This document shows positions 29,601 through 43,472 of a stretch of 64,000 bases of DNA, one piece after another. The DNA comes from Octopus sinensis (taxonomy: Eukaryota), in NCBI RefSeq assembly GCF_006345805.1, contig NC_042997.1, positions 36,022,001 through 36,086,000 of the forward strand, in the 5' to 3' direction. A program made the position numbers and the translations under genes. How positions within the stretch are numbered: the stretch's first letter is position 1; each line of letters begins with the position of its first letter. The notes under the pieces are model-generated. The model saw only the letters and a program-made list of their open reading frames with translations, ran no database searches and had not been told where the DNA came from.

Positions 29601-32600
29601 ATTGGATTATAATATTCTATATATTTTGCCGACAACATGATATAAAATCGACATGAGACTCCCTTTCACATGGGAAAATTAGATAAGAATCGTTAGAATT
29701 ACGTCCTTCATAATAGTTTTGAGGAAAATCCATCTTGGTAGATTTCCCAAACTGCTGTGTTTCTATAATATAGTTTATATAATCATTGTGTAATATTTCT
29801 AGGACATGTTATTTTTTAGAGAAGGGAAAACAAAACTTAATATAAGGTCGATTCTAAAATAGACATATTCTGTAAGTTTTTTAACTAACTTCCTTTACGA
29901 AGATTTGCTTTCCTCTTCTTATGTTTGGAAGAACAATTGGATACTTTATATTATATATTATCATTGTATCCACTATATGAAATTTCGACCAGAATGAAGC
30001 TTTTGACCACACCACTGGATGTGGGTGCGTGTGTGTGTATGCGTGTGGTGTATGCGTGTGTGCGTGTGTGATTTTCTTTCGTGTGTATGAAACGGACTGT
30101 CAGACTTGCATTCATCCATCCATCCATATATAGATACATACATACATATGTATATTCATACGCAGATAGACCGATTTCAATGAAAATATGAAGGATAGAG
30201 GATTTATGTAGCTGACTGGTAAGTCACATGAATACGTAAAAGACTGGAAGTAATATGCTACTTTGTTTACCCATCTATCTGTGCATTCACACATGCCTTT
30301 ATAATCCCTTTTGCCAGCAACAAATCAATGAAGTCATATGACATTATATCTTTCTTTGTCATTTTGCGTTACCTATACGTCTATTAGATGGCAAAAGAGA
30401 TAACCATAAGATCAAAAAATACAAATAAAAAAACCATTACAGTAAATATGCAAGAGAAAGTGAAAAAAAGAAGAGATATATAAATCATGAAAGTGATAAA
30501 ATGATAAAAGAACGAATTAGCGATAAATATATTTGCGTGTATGAGTATATGTATGATTCTAAATGTGTAGCTGTATATGAAATCGTATGAATATTCCCAC
30601 CGAAACAACTCCATGTGATGTTTGCCTTCTGTAAGCTATCATTCTGCTCGGTCTCATCAAATAATGTTTCAATATGAAAAACAATTAACACAATTTCATT
30701 AGATTTAGAAACAGAACACCAAATAATATATACGCACTTTTGGTGCATTAAAGGTTAGAAATACAAAACAAAAATTGTATTTAGCTCAAAAGATTATATA
30801 TACATTGTTTTTCGCTTGTGTAAGATATTAGTAACATATTTTGTTATTATTTCGGCAGGAAATGTAAATACTATTGTACGCCCTGAAATAATATATCTAC
30901 GACAATTTGTAAATTTCTATGGTACAAAACTACACTGATATTATGACATTGATTGATGTAATTTTCACACACTGAGAATTATTCTTTGTGATGTCTTCAT
31001 AAACCCTATAAAAATAACTTACTTTTAGTTACTGCATAACATTGTTTTATGGTGGTTGCTTCCTGCTCCTTGTGCATAAAACGATATTTTAACTGCAGCG
31101 ATTTTCACTATTAAAGACGCTGCAATACATTATTATTGAGAATTTCTTAAAGTGTATCTGATCAGATGAACGGTAAAATATCGACGACACAGTTATTTAA
31201 GCAGAAGGTTCAATGAATATCAATGCCCCTAGACGTAACGGCACCTTCTTTCATCTTTTTCTGATAATGTTTCTATATCATTAATGCAACTTAAACTACT
31301 ACTATAGATAAGACACAGGAAACTATACCAGCAACATGTACTAAAGCAATTTCAGATAACCTCTACACAAAAGTTCCAACTATAAATCAACGATGTATGA
31401 GCCAATAGAGCAATCACTGTATCACAGGAATAATAGTTAAAAGTTAGCATGGGCCATTTATATATCTGAGTCGTATTCTATACTGGAAACTAACATTGGT
31501 TTATATATAAAATCTTATCTGTAAGTCAGTCACGTCTAATACCTCTCAACCCATTTAACATGTATTCAAATAACTTTTGTAAAGCCTGGGAATTTTTTAT
31601 TACAAATCTATGGTATGGTATTTAGGAAATATTCACGCCATATGTAGCAGATAGATATCATCCGAACATGAGGCTTACGCAAATTTGAAGAAACACTTGT
31701 TGCCCAGGGTATGAGTACATTTTGTATTATGACTGGGAAAACCTGAATTCTTGCTCTCTCCGAAAGCCAGATAAATATGTTAGTGTTTAGAAGTTTTTCA
31801 TAGTTATTGAATTATAACTTTGCCTTTGTGCATGATACACTTTTCTAGTAAAGCGTAGATACTGAAATGGTTAAAATTCCTAGTCATTTTAAATTGACAC
31901 TCCATAACTTACAACTGTCAAATACCTGACATCAATGTCTAGTATATATTTTTGGTTACAAAACAAAAATGTCTCCAATCTTACAGCAGCTAAAATTACA
32001 CATTTCCTTATCGACTGCTAAGTTTTGTTGTGCCTGTGCATCCATTATTCACTAAACCTATCAATCTATCTGTCTGTCTCTCTGTATCTATATCTATATC
32101 TCCATGTGTATATGTTTGATCTATATTATATTATTATACTATATATGCTATATTATATATCATATATATACTTACATATACGCATTAATTTACTCAGACA
32201 ATAAATCGATACCTGAAATACATTAGGTTTCGAATTGATCACTCTAAATGTGTAACAACAGTTCATCATCGTAACAATATACATTTATTTACTTATCGAT
32301 TACATTTGTCTTATAGTTACATAGGAATAGATTGTTGTCAATAATACATTACATTTGCTTCCTATGTTAATTATAAACATTCATTTACCCTCACCCTCTT
32401 TTTATGCTCGTCATTCCGCCATGAATTAAATAAATGTAAATCTTAAATTGTTTCATGTCTACAATTTTATGTCCTTAAGAGCAATTTTGTAATAGGTTAT
32501 AAAGTTCATTGTACAGACACATATTTCACAAAATATTCTACAATAACGATAAAATTGCTGAAAGAAAATAGATCTTTTTATTACGAACAACTATTAAGAT

Positions 32601-33261
32601 ACCGATTAAAGAAAAAGAAAAATACAAATATATAAACAAACAAACGTGTTAGTTTTGTCGATAATATGTTGAAGAAAAACAGCTGATAGCAATCTCGGTG
32701 TTTCTGTGAAGTAACATTTTTATCAATATACTTCTGGATAAATCTATGTTGCTTCATATTTGTTTGTCTATGTAGGAAAATGTTACACTTGAGATTTTTT
32801 TAATGTTCCGAGGACAATATCAACAGTAAAATCTAAATGTATCATAATATATGCCGCGTAATATTGTGTATGGTATAATAAAATTGACGGTGAAAAGTTG
32901 AATCAATAGTTTTTAAAAGAAATCAAAAGTAAGCGTTGAATCTATTTTCTGGTCAGTCATCACAGACGTATATTACTTTCTAATAGTCGCAATTTTTGGC
33001 CTGAAAGAGCAATTTCGGATTGTAACTTCCACTAAACGCATATAACGTGAGGCAAAGACAACGACATTAGACGGATAACTTTGTGATGCGCAATATATAC
33101 CCACGAAGAAGCAAATTTAATTGCTAACAAAATGGCTTGCGGTAAGAAATTAAGTACTATAATAGATGTTAATATCGAGTAAAAGAACACATACATATCA
33201 AATAACATTTTTATCGCTCAAGAAGAAGTCAATAACCAATGAATTTATGTAATTATACCTA

Positions 33262-33303
<42 letters not shown>

Positions 33304-33609
33304 ATATATATTATATATATATATATATATGTATGCATGTATGTATGTGTGTGTGTGTGTATACACACACACACACAAACACATTCATACATACATATAT
33401 ATACACAGACATGCAGAGTAGTAAATTGACACCTTTAATTTTCAAAATTTCTGATCTAGGCGTCTTAATATGTTTTCAGCGGTGTAGAATTTACAGTGTA
33501 ATTATCGTTTTTCATTCCAGCTTTGACTTTTGAGCGGGGGGCAAACAGATCGAACATTTCAAGTGTAACTGCCCGAAACGGTAAAGACCTCCGGTAACTT
33601 GAATGAGGA

Positions 33610-33811
33610 CCTTGAATTATGCTGTGCCTGCGCACTAAGTTTTAATGTTGTAGCTCACTTCTGCTGTTTACAGCAGTGCTTGTAATGTAGTTGTGTAGTG
33701 TGTCACCGTTGCATTGACCATGACAGAGAAAGTTGAGCAGAGAATCTACATACAATTATGGGAAAAGCTTCGCAATACCTGCTCCAAGACCAACGCAAAG
33801 TTTGTAAAATC
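33610..33811 (+). mobile_element. mariner 5' end and transposase N-terminus fragment
   Basis: The ATG at about 33720 gives MTEKVEQRIYIQLWEKLRNTCSKTNAKF, similar to mariner N-termini. Its leader is homologous to that of the opposite-strand copy. Confidence 0.6.
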
Positions 33812-34364
33812 ATTCATCGTTCTCGACACAACGAAGGAGATCTGGTCCAACCTTCTTTTTGGTCAGCTGAAGGCAGTTTTCACACAAACTTGACAAACAG
33901 TCGTCTCATACACAAATCTGCACATCCTCTGATAACTCAGGGATGTTGATTCGACGATTTACCCTCACATCTCCGATTTTGTCTCAGTTCTGCTGGTTGC
34001 CGGTCTCCCAGAACGTTCGTCAATATCGACATTTTTTCGGCCATCTAGGAAATTTCTGAACCACTCATACACTTGTGTGTGGCTCACACACTCCTCTCCA
34101 TACACATTCTGCAACTTTGTGTAGGTCTGTGAGCTGATATTGACATGACGGCTTTCTCCGCCATGATCAACGCGACGATCACACGTCACCTTCCAAGCAT
34201 TGCTTTAAACAGAAGTGTGCTATAGCATTAATAGGCTATAGCATTAAAATATCGTGAGCATGCATAACAGCGGTTAAGGTCAATCTTTATCAATCTTTAC
34301 ACTGCGTGCTTTAGTTTTGTTACTATGGCAACAGACCGTATATTTAATTTTCAGGCCACCTATA
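33812..34364 (-). mobile_element. mariner element 5' half (terminal repeat plus HTH region of the transposase), decayed
   Basis: The minus strand gives SQTYTKLQNVYGEECVSHTQVYEWFRNFLDGRKNVDIDERSGRPATS followed by RRINIPELSEDV...DLLRCVEND. The terminus reads TA-taggtggcctgaaaatt. Confidence 0.85.
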
Positions 34365-34385
34365 ACTCTCTGTCTGTCAAGCCAC

Positions 34386-34433
<48 letters not shown>

Positions 34434-35857
34434 TATATATAAACAGAGAGGGATAGAGAGAGAGAGAGAGAGAGAGAAAGCGAGAAAGAGAGAGAAAGGT
34501 AGATAGATTCTAAAATTTGTATGTATATCTACTCAAACTAAAATGCACGTAATGTGCCAATAATTAAACTCTGTTCAATTGATGAATACGATGTGTGTGC
34601 TAGCCTGTTTCAGAATATTTCTTTATGTTTGCATTTTAAATAATACCTTTTTGGCAGTTTTTAATATAGGCTCCATCTTCGTAGTTACAATACGGTTTCC
34701 CACGAATATGAATAATAATACAGCCTTGAATAAGGAGACTACTTCTAATAAGATGGATCGTAAAATGATAATGTTGATATATTTGTCTGACAAATGAAAT
34801 GTTAGTTACGTCATACATCATTATTAGTGTAACATATGCGCTTAACAAATTGATGTATATATAGTCAGAATATGATTAGTTTCAAAATACAAAAGAATAT
34901 CGTGTTTCATATGAGACAATATATAACAGTAGAGTGGACACTACTACTAAGCAGCAGATAAATAATGAAGGAATTGAACAGAAAGCTGACGATATGTCCG
35001 AAGGGATATGATATATGCAAACAGCTTAAAAGCATACATGTAACCGTCGAATATAAATTACATGCATAACAGTCAACCTTTTATAAACATCTTTGTAAAT
35101 ACAAACGTAGATTAATGGACGTTATATTAAAATGTAACGGGAAACGTGACATCACAACATATCAATTCGCACTGATTTAAGAGAATTGAATTTCTTTCAG
35201 TATGTTTGTATTCTTTTAACATTTGCAAATGTGGTGTACAGTAAACTATCTATAATGATAAACGATACGTTTCGGCAACATAGAATATATGTGCGGAATG
35301 TCAATTCAATTCATAGCATAGTTAATTTAGATAGCCAAGCCAAGCAAAAAGATCTCGTATGTTATTAGATAATTCTTTCGGACGAATTAAGGACAATAAT
35401 TTTAGGGAAAGCATAATGCCATGTCCTCTAAGCAATTCAGTGTGAGATTTGAGACTTTATTGCAAAAACTTTCTTGGTTATAAATCTTTTAGAAACTTCC
35501 CAGGGAGATTATGGCAACGTTAAAACATATTTCAGAGTTACTGAAAATATAATTCGATCAATAGCTATTATCGAGACAACAAACAGCCCAAAGAAACGGA
35601 GAATATTTTTAACTGCCGGTAATTTACTAAATATTTTATGTAACAAGATAGACAGACGCAGATTACTGTTGTTAAAAAAAATTTGATACATTATGTAAGA
35701 CGAGAATCATATAAGAAAGCTTCTACATGCAAATCTTAAAGAGTATGCATTACGAAACTAATGCAGTTATAACGGGTGGAACAGTGGAACAGTTTACTAA
35801 TGATCTGAAAATGTTCCTTTCGTCTGGAGAGGGGAAAAGTAAAATATTATAAAGATT

Positions 35858-36067
35858 TACATTATTTACATTGTTTATATTCGACGGATATTTGTCCTCG
35901 TCTTTTTTGTTCTTAACATAACGTTTCGGCTGATATACCCTCCAGCCTTCTTCAGGTGTCTTGGGGAAATTTCTAACCTGGGTTCTCATTCCTAAGGTAT
36001 TGTTGTTGTTATTATTATTATAATGTAAATAATGTACATAATTCCTCAACTCTTAAATATAGAACTG
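35858..36067 (-). mobile_element. Second copy of the 21.9-kb Penelope-type terminal module with a short inverted terminal duplicate
   Basis: 35858-36000 is the reverse complement of the 21950-22080 module. 36022-36067 carries the terminal sequence aatgtacataattcctcaactcttaaatatagaactg in the opposite orientation. Confidence 0.8.
35915..35960 (-). ncRNA. Minimal type I hammerhead ribozyme motif (intact core)
   Basis: gacac-CTGAAGA-a-ggctg(gagggtatat)cagcc-GAAAC-GT-T-atgtt. The core and stem II are canonical, and the ACGT palindrome implies an intermolecular stem III. The first stem I pair is mismatched in this copy, whereas the 22.0-kb copy has gtgtt. Confidence 0.6.
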
Positions 36068-36119
36068 TATTATACAGATTGTCAAGGTGAACGGAATTTT
36101 GAAAATCACGTTCTGGAAG

Positions 36120-36309
<190 letters not shown>

Positions 36310-37617
36310 CGCGACTAATTTCCATTAACAAATTTAGGATTCAATACGAAGGGAATCGACGTGCACCTAGTAAAACTGTTGACAGCAGGCCGATAGAAAC
36401 TAATTTTGTTTATTTTAATAATATTATTGCATCTCGACAGATTATTGTATCGTTAATGATCGTAAAACAAAGAATTTTTTGTTTTTGTTTTATATAAGTT
36501 CAATAATCGAGCACATAAAATCAGACTTAGTCAAACTTAACTCAAAAGAAAACAACATGAATAACTCATTAAAACAACCATCGAATTTCAACTCAACAGG
36601 AAAGATTGGCTATGAATTTCAGTCACAAAATGAATGCGAAATAAGTGAAGCATTCAAATGTCTATGCACTACGAAAGCAGCAGTGGCTGCTGGTGAGAAT
36701 ATGATGAAAAGTTGAATAACTGAACTTTAGTCCACAGATCCCATAAATAAAATCGAAAAGGCTGAAATGGATCCAAATGGAATATATTTCTCTGCAAAAT
36801 ATGCATTTTTCAGCTAGTTTGGAAACGAAATTACCTCAACATATCTAGAAAGAATTGATCATGATCTCTGCTTCCTAACAGATTGATAAATGTAGAAGAT
36901 ACATACTTAAATGTACAGCGTTAGCAAACAGATTAATACTGCATTACATTTAAAATCCATATAATGAAAATGCAGACAAAATAAATTCGAGACTAAAATA
37001 TGAATCACATAAAATTAGAAAAACTATGCTTCATCGCAAGCAAGACAAAGTATGTATTTATGTATATAATAAACAGTATATCCATCAAAAGAAGGACCCG
37101 AACTACTTCAACGAGAATATGATAACAATTCAGTAAGAGAATCTAAAACAAGAACGTTTCTGCATGATAATATTCTAAAGTAAGAAATATTTGAAGAGTT
37201 CAAATCGATATATATTCTAACCACATGTGTCCACCAAAAATAAAATTTAACGATACAACAGCATCAATAAAAACTTAGACTAGCCATCATAGACTCAGTG
37301 GAATTATAGAGGATCATAAATACCATAAAATTAAGTAATCTAATATATGTGCTGTAGACACATACGTAATAGACAGTGGATCCATCATCACATATTGCTA
37401 TACAAGATAAGTCACATCTCACATATATATGCAGGAGCAAACGAAGTGAACGCTAGAAAATGAAGGAAAATACCGCCTAACGCTGGAAGCTTCAGAATGA
37501 ATCACATACTTCAGAACTAGAGAAGAACACAGGCTGCTGTGCCTGATATGCAGCAATATCTTAGGGAAGGGACCCTAGCGAAATTGCATAATTCTGTCTG
37601 TGCGAAACGCACTGATG

Positions 37618-37671
<54 letters not shown>

Positions 37672-38965
37672 CGAAATAGTATGTCTTCTATAAAAATAAA
37701 AAATTACAAAATGTTTTTTAGAGATTAATTCATTCAATACAAGCTGATATGAGAAAAAAATACCATGAACGTTAATATCAAAGAAAAGACAAGTGTTTTG
37801 CCAGAAAATTGGAAGAGAGTAACCGAAACTGGACGAATGTGCACAAACGTCGAACGGGAATTGACAGCGCATTGTCTCTTTTATATGACAATCGACTATC
37901 TCCTAGAGAAGATTGAACTCAAATTATACACTATATATGATAAATAAATAAAATACTTGTTATACACGGTGCACGCTTTCACTAGCCAAATTGGCATCAA
38001 GTTCAATGTAAGCAATTAGGCAAACTGCACATTGAAAAGAGGAAGAGTATCATGGAATAGTAATATATACGATGAACACAACTAGAATAGAGTTAATCCG
38101 CATACGTATACAAATATATTTGCAAATGTTTAGCAATTAATTATCGATGCATAGTACAGCGCATAAGCAATATAAAGAGTTTGAAATGAATGCATTTCAC
38201 GTTTTAGATTAATCGGTGAAACGGAGCTAAATTCTGCTAGGAGGCAAAGTGCATCAATGAGAAGCCTAGTCGTCCCTTTAATAAATTCTATTATTTATTA
38301 CATTAATTTAAATATGCCAGGACTGAATATGATATTATGAAACACAAGGACAACCTTAAATATATTATTCACAAACATATAATACTGATTATATGTAGCA
38401 CAATTACAGAAAGATGTGAACCTTCTACAACGAGAAAATTATTACTAGTTATTAGCTGTGCATCTATAAAGATGTATATAGCAAACAACAATGGAAAATA
38501 TATAAACTAGCGATCATATAATATAAACGACCCATCAGATGAATTCTTCGTATTGTTGAGTAACGTTATTAAAAGAAGGTGTTTTTGCTTCACAATAAAG
38601 CCCATTAGTAAACTGGCATAACTGATGTTTATGAAGAAAACCACATAAAGAAATCCGTTGTCTCACAAGAACTCATCCTCTTGCAAACTGTTAAGAATAA
38701 TATAATGAAGCTGATTCCAAACAATAATGGCAATGTATGCTGTTAACCACGTGGTTCGATATGCTAACCGAAAAGAAGAGGGTGATTAGAAAAAAAATAG
38801 ACAATACTAAATGGCAGAGCACCTACAATAGAATAAAACATATTACCGTAGAGAACGTACCAAATGTGTAATCTCAGCAATTTCGATTCTTATGGAATGT
38901 ATGGAGAGGAATATAAAAGTGCAAAGGAATCCATAGGTATTACACGAAATATCCAAATGATATTA

Positions 38966-39176
38966 TTTTCTACTCTAGGCACAAGGCCCGAAATTTTGGG
39001 CGAGTGTCCAGTCAATTAGATCGACCCCAGTACGCAAATGATACTACATTTATCGACTCCGAACGGATGAAAGCAAATTCGACCTCGGCAGAATTTGAAC
39101 GCAGGACGTAATGACAGACGAAATACTGCTAAGCATTTCGCCCCGCGCGCTACCGTTTCTGCCACCTGGACACCTT
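38966..39176 (-). mobile_element. tRNA-derived SINE (second family) with an 18-bp TSD
   Basis: The minus-strand head carries ggcagaaacgg...cgttcaaattctgccgaggtcg (B-box-like). Flanking direct repeats are aatatccaaatgatatta (38948-38965) and aatatccagatgatatta (39177-39194). Confidence 0.85.
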
Positions 39177-40848
39177 AATATCCAGATGATATTAGCATTG
39201 CTGAAATGGTGCACTAAGTATTCTCATTAACATGAAACATGCTCGGTTATATTCAACTGCACTGATTTTTTTTTTCTGTGAGCACACGCGATAGAATTCA
39301 ACTCAATGAATTTGTAAAATTAACAGCAAATAAAATCAGTACAAAGTTACGAGTATTTAGAAAAGGAGAGTTAGTTCCGTCTAAATCACTTCTGTGTGAA
39401 CAGTTGATTCTTTTTTAGCAAACTAGTATGGCAAAATTCATTTTCAAACAAATCTATATATGGAATAAAGTACAATGATGTATCGCAGAATATAAAAGCG
39501 ATCAAAAATATATAAACCTGACCCATTCGGTAACACATTATGTCAAGACTGTCAAAGTACACTCCTTATGATGCATTACTCTATGTCGGGCGGTTCCTAA
39601 TGTTCTCACCCATAGTGTAGAGACTATGATTGGTGAATCGTGCTGTGCATTTTAACAAATGAAAGACTGCAGGAACCAGGGTTCACGTGAGCTTCGAAGC
39701 AACAAAATCTTGTTCACTCATTCTTGCAATATAATGCGGATTTTACCTGTATATTATTACAAATTTTCGTATTTATCTTGTACATCTGATACGATTTTGA
39801 GTGAACCTATTGGCAATTATATAGAAACATAATAATCATATTGAAGCATATTTTAATACACGATAGATACATGGAATTTTACAATTTCATGTATATATTA
39901 CGTGCAAGAGAAATGAAATAATGGCAATAAAATGTATGCACGACTAATTAAAATGACGAGAAATATATATATATATATATATATAATATATATATATATA
40001 TATTAGACAATGTCAGAGAACTCATAAAATATGCTACCAAACTGGAGAATTATGACTAGATGTGAATAACTAAACTCATTACGATATGCTGTTTAGAGCA
40101 ACAATTTCTCACAAAAATCTTCGGTGATTCAATCTCTAATCATTAAATGACTAATCATAAAATTTATTATAGTCCAAGCTTTTGATTTAGATGCATTTAA
40201 TTCAGTCGTATACATCAGGGAATTCAATAAAGGTAGAGGTAAAATTAACGCCTATATTGTTCATGAAAATTAACAAATACCAGTAACAAAACACAAAGTA
40301 AAAGCGGAAGATATGAGCAGTAAAATATTACCGTATCATGATAATACAATTTCAAAGCCCACTACTACAACATTAGCCGGATAAGGCCATGAAGAACAAT
40401 GGCGACCACATGTGAGACTTAGATAAAATGAGAAACAGAACAGAAATTCTCATCGAAAAGAGAAAGAAAAGAAGCAGGAAAATTACACGTATATCCAAGA
40501 TACAAACATCAAACACTGTAAGAACTTCACAGGCAATTGACTTTGCGATTATTTGGAACAAAACAGATCGTGATATTTATTTGGCAGCGTATTTTTATGT
40601 TCAGAGATCAAATCATGCTGTGTTTGATTTCATTTTTTTCATCATACCTGAGACGATAAAATATATAACTGTCGATTAAATCAGCTGTCATCTTGAAATC
40701 GTTGCCGCACATTATCCATACACTAATGTTTAAAATCAGTAGTATGCCATCCTCTCAATGTCCCTCTCCCTTGCTCTCTCTTTCTTTTTCTCTTTATACA
40801 TACACACACGCACAAATACACACTCACGCACACAACACACACACACAC

Positions 40849-40920
<72 letters not shown>

Positions 40921-41022
40921 CGCACAAAATTAGATGTGTGGAGAACACACGTGCGCACGTGAGCACGCAGAAACACACACCTACACACACACACCACACA
41001 TATATATAATATATATATTATA

Positions 41023-41061
<39 letters not shown>

Positions 41062-41551
41062 CACACACAATTGTGCGTGTGGAGAACACACGTGTGCACG
41101 TGAGCACGCACAAATACACACAACACATATATATACGCATGTGCGCATGATTTATATGCATAAATCAAAAACGAAAAGAAAGTAAAATTAAAAGATACAG
41201 GAACCTGTCAGACGAAAGAAAAAATGAGCAGTGATTTATTATGAGGTTAGTTTATCATTTATTTGGAAACGGATATTCAGGGAATCTCTACTGAGCATAA
41301 ATTTGTATGGTGACAGTAAGTTAAAACTGATTCAGTCCCTGCTAATTTGCGGAACGCATGTATCCCTGAAATATCCGCTGAAGATATGGAAGGGTTTCTA
41401 GAAGAGCGTGACCCACCAGCGATTAGCTCCTGAAGTTTCTGCTGGGACGTAGAATGTCCGATATTTGTTTCACCTCTCTTTCTCTTTCTCTTTGTCACTC
41501 TTTCTCTCTTTCCTTCAATATACATACTAAAATACACGTATACGCATGCGC

Positions 41552-41609
<58 letters not shown>

Positions 41610-42627
41610 ATGTGCATGTATGCATGTATGTATGAACGTACATATGTATGTGTGTATGTATATATGTATATACTTATGTATTTATATATGAATGCACTAC
41701 CAATGTATGTATATAAGCATTTTGGTGGAGACTGGACATCGAAGTTCCTACATATAATATGATGTGTGTTTCTACACATATCATATCAGCCTTCGAGGTT
41801 TATATGCAAATATTAATAGCTTTACATGTTCTCCAAAATCCAATTCCCCAAAAGTAATACTAGCGAACCCGGTAAGGTTTTTGATGTAGCTTGAGGTCAA
41901 AGATATATTCAACGTTTTTATAAATAGAAGTATGATATTAACTTTAAAGTTCCATCGTGCAAACATTTGTGAAGAAAACCAAAATCTGAATTCACTTTCA
42001 GCCCGCTTCATGTATGATTATAAGCAATAGATACTCATGAAAAATAAATGCACTGAAACATTTTTGAGTTTCATACAAAAGTGTTATTCTATATCAGCAT
42101 AAATGTAAACAAAATATTTCTTTTTGAGTTAAGGCTGATGTCGAAGGCAGATGCCACCACCAGCCTTGAGGAAACTGTACTGACGTTCCAACCTGCACCT
42201 AGATTACTAGACGTAGAGCCAGCTGTATATTGAATATATATATTTGAAGAGCACTATCAGCTGAAGAAAAAATGTCCAGCACATGAAGAATAAAAAAAAG
42301 CCACTGATGCATTTGTCTCTCTGAATTATCATATCCGGTCCCAGCAAAGATAGAAAATTAACACTAAGTTGGCAGTATACAATGCCTGCGAACTGACATG
42401 CATTTTAATATTGTATGTGACATAGACAGTGTACCGTCATCACCTAAAAACTTATGAGCGCTTTCATTAACAGTGTTTGTGAATCATCCTGGACATCCAC
42501 TGGATGACTGATACTCCTAACAGGAACATTTTGCAAAGAGCCAATGCACTGAGTATTGAGTCTCACACTCACTGTCAACGTATGCGATGTGTGTTTTGTG
42601 TTATGTGTCTTCATAATAGCAGAATTC

Positions 42628-42629
<2 letters not shown>

Positions 42630-42665
<36 letters not shown>

Positions 42666-42949
42666 TATATATATGGATATACACATATGTATACATTTAA
42701 GTTGACATACATATACATGTATATATATATATATGTATGTATATATAAACATCAGGAGATTTAGTAGGACATGAAATGTAAAAGCCGGACTAGATTATTT
42801 TATGCGCAACTCCATTTTCTCCCGAGACAAAAAGGATGCCAACACCAACAAGAAATAAACACATATATATATATATATATATACATATTTACATATATAT
42901 ATATACATATATACATATATATATCTATATATATATGCGTATGTATATG

Positions 42950-42982
<33 letters not shown>

Positions 42983-43028
42983 CATATTTACATATATATA
43001 TATATATACATATATATGTATATATATA

Positions 43029-43062
<34 letters not shown>
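42630..43062. repeat. Long degenerate (TA)n microsatellite
   Basis: Direct reading. Confidence 0.9.
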
Positions 43063-43066
<4 letters not shown>

Positions 43067-43400
43067 TTTGATACTTTGATACTTTGATAGGTTTCGGCCA
43101 TTATTGGCCCAGGCCATGTCTAACTTAATAGCACCACCTGGTGAAGTCTTTCAAGTCAGAATTTGGGCACTATGGCCCACTCAAGTAGAGAGTTATTGTT
43201 TACAGAGACATATCCGGGTGTAGGGGTTTATCCGGGATTTCTTGAAGGAATCTGTCCAAAGACTTCTTGAACCCTATAGGGTCAGTTTCTGTTTTAATGT
43301 GTTTTGGTGTAATGTTAAAGAGAGCGGGGCCAATTGAGGTGAAATAATTGTGCCGTATTGTTGTTATGAGATGAGAGTGCGATTATTACGCACCTACCCA
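43063..43400 (-). mobile_element. 5'-truncated L2/CR1-group LINE 3' end with an (ATCAAAGT)n tail
   Basis: The minus strand gives HNYFTSIGPALFNITPKHIKTETDPIGFKKSLDRFLQEIPDKP..PGYVSVNNNSLLEW. This is followed by a ggccaataatggcc stem-loop, gaaac, and three tandem 8-mers. Confidence 0.85.
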
Positions 43401-43420
43401 ATATATATGTATATATACAT

Positions 43421-43472
<52 letters not shown>

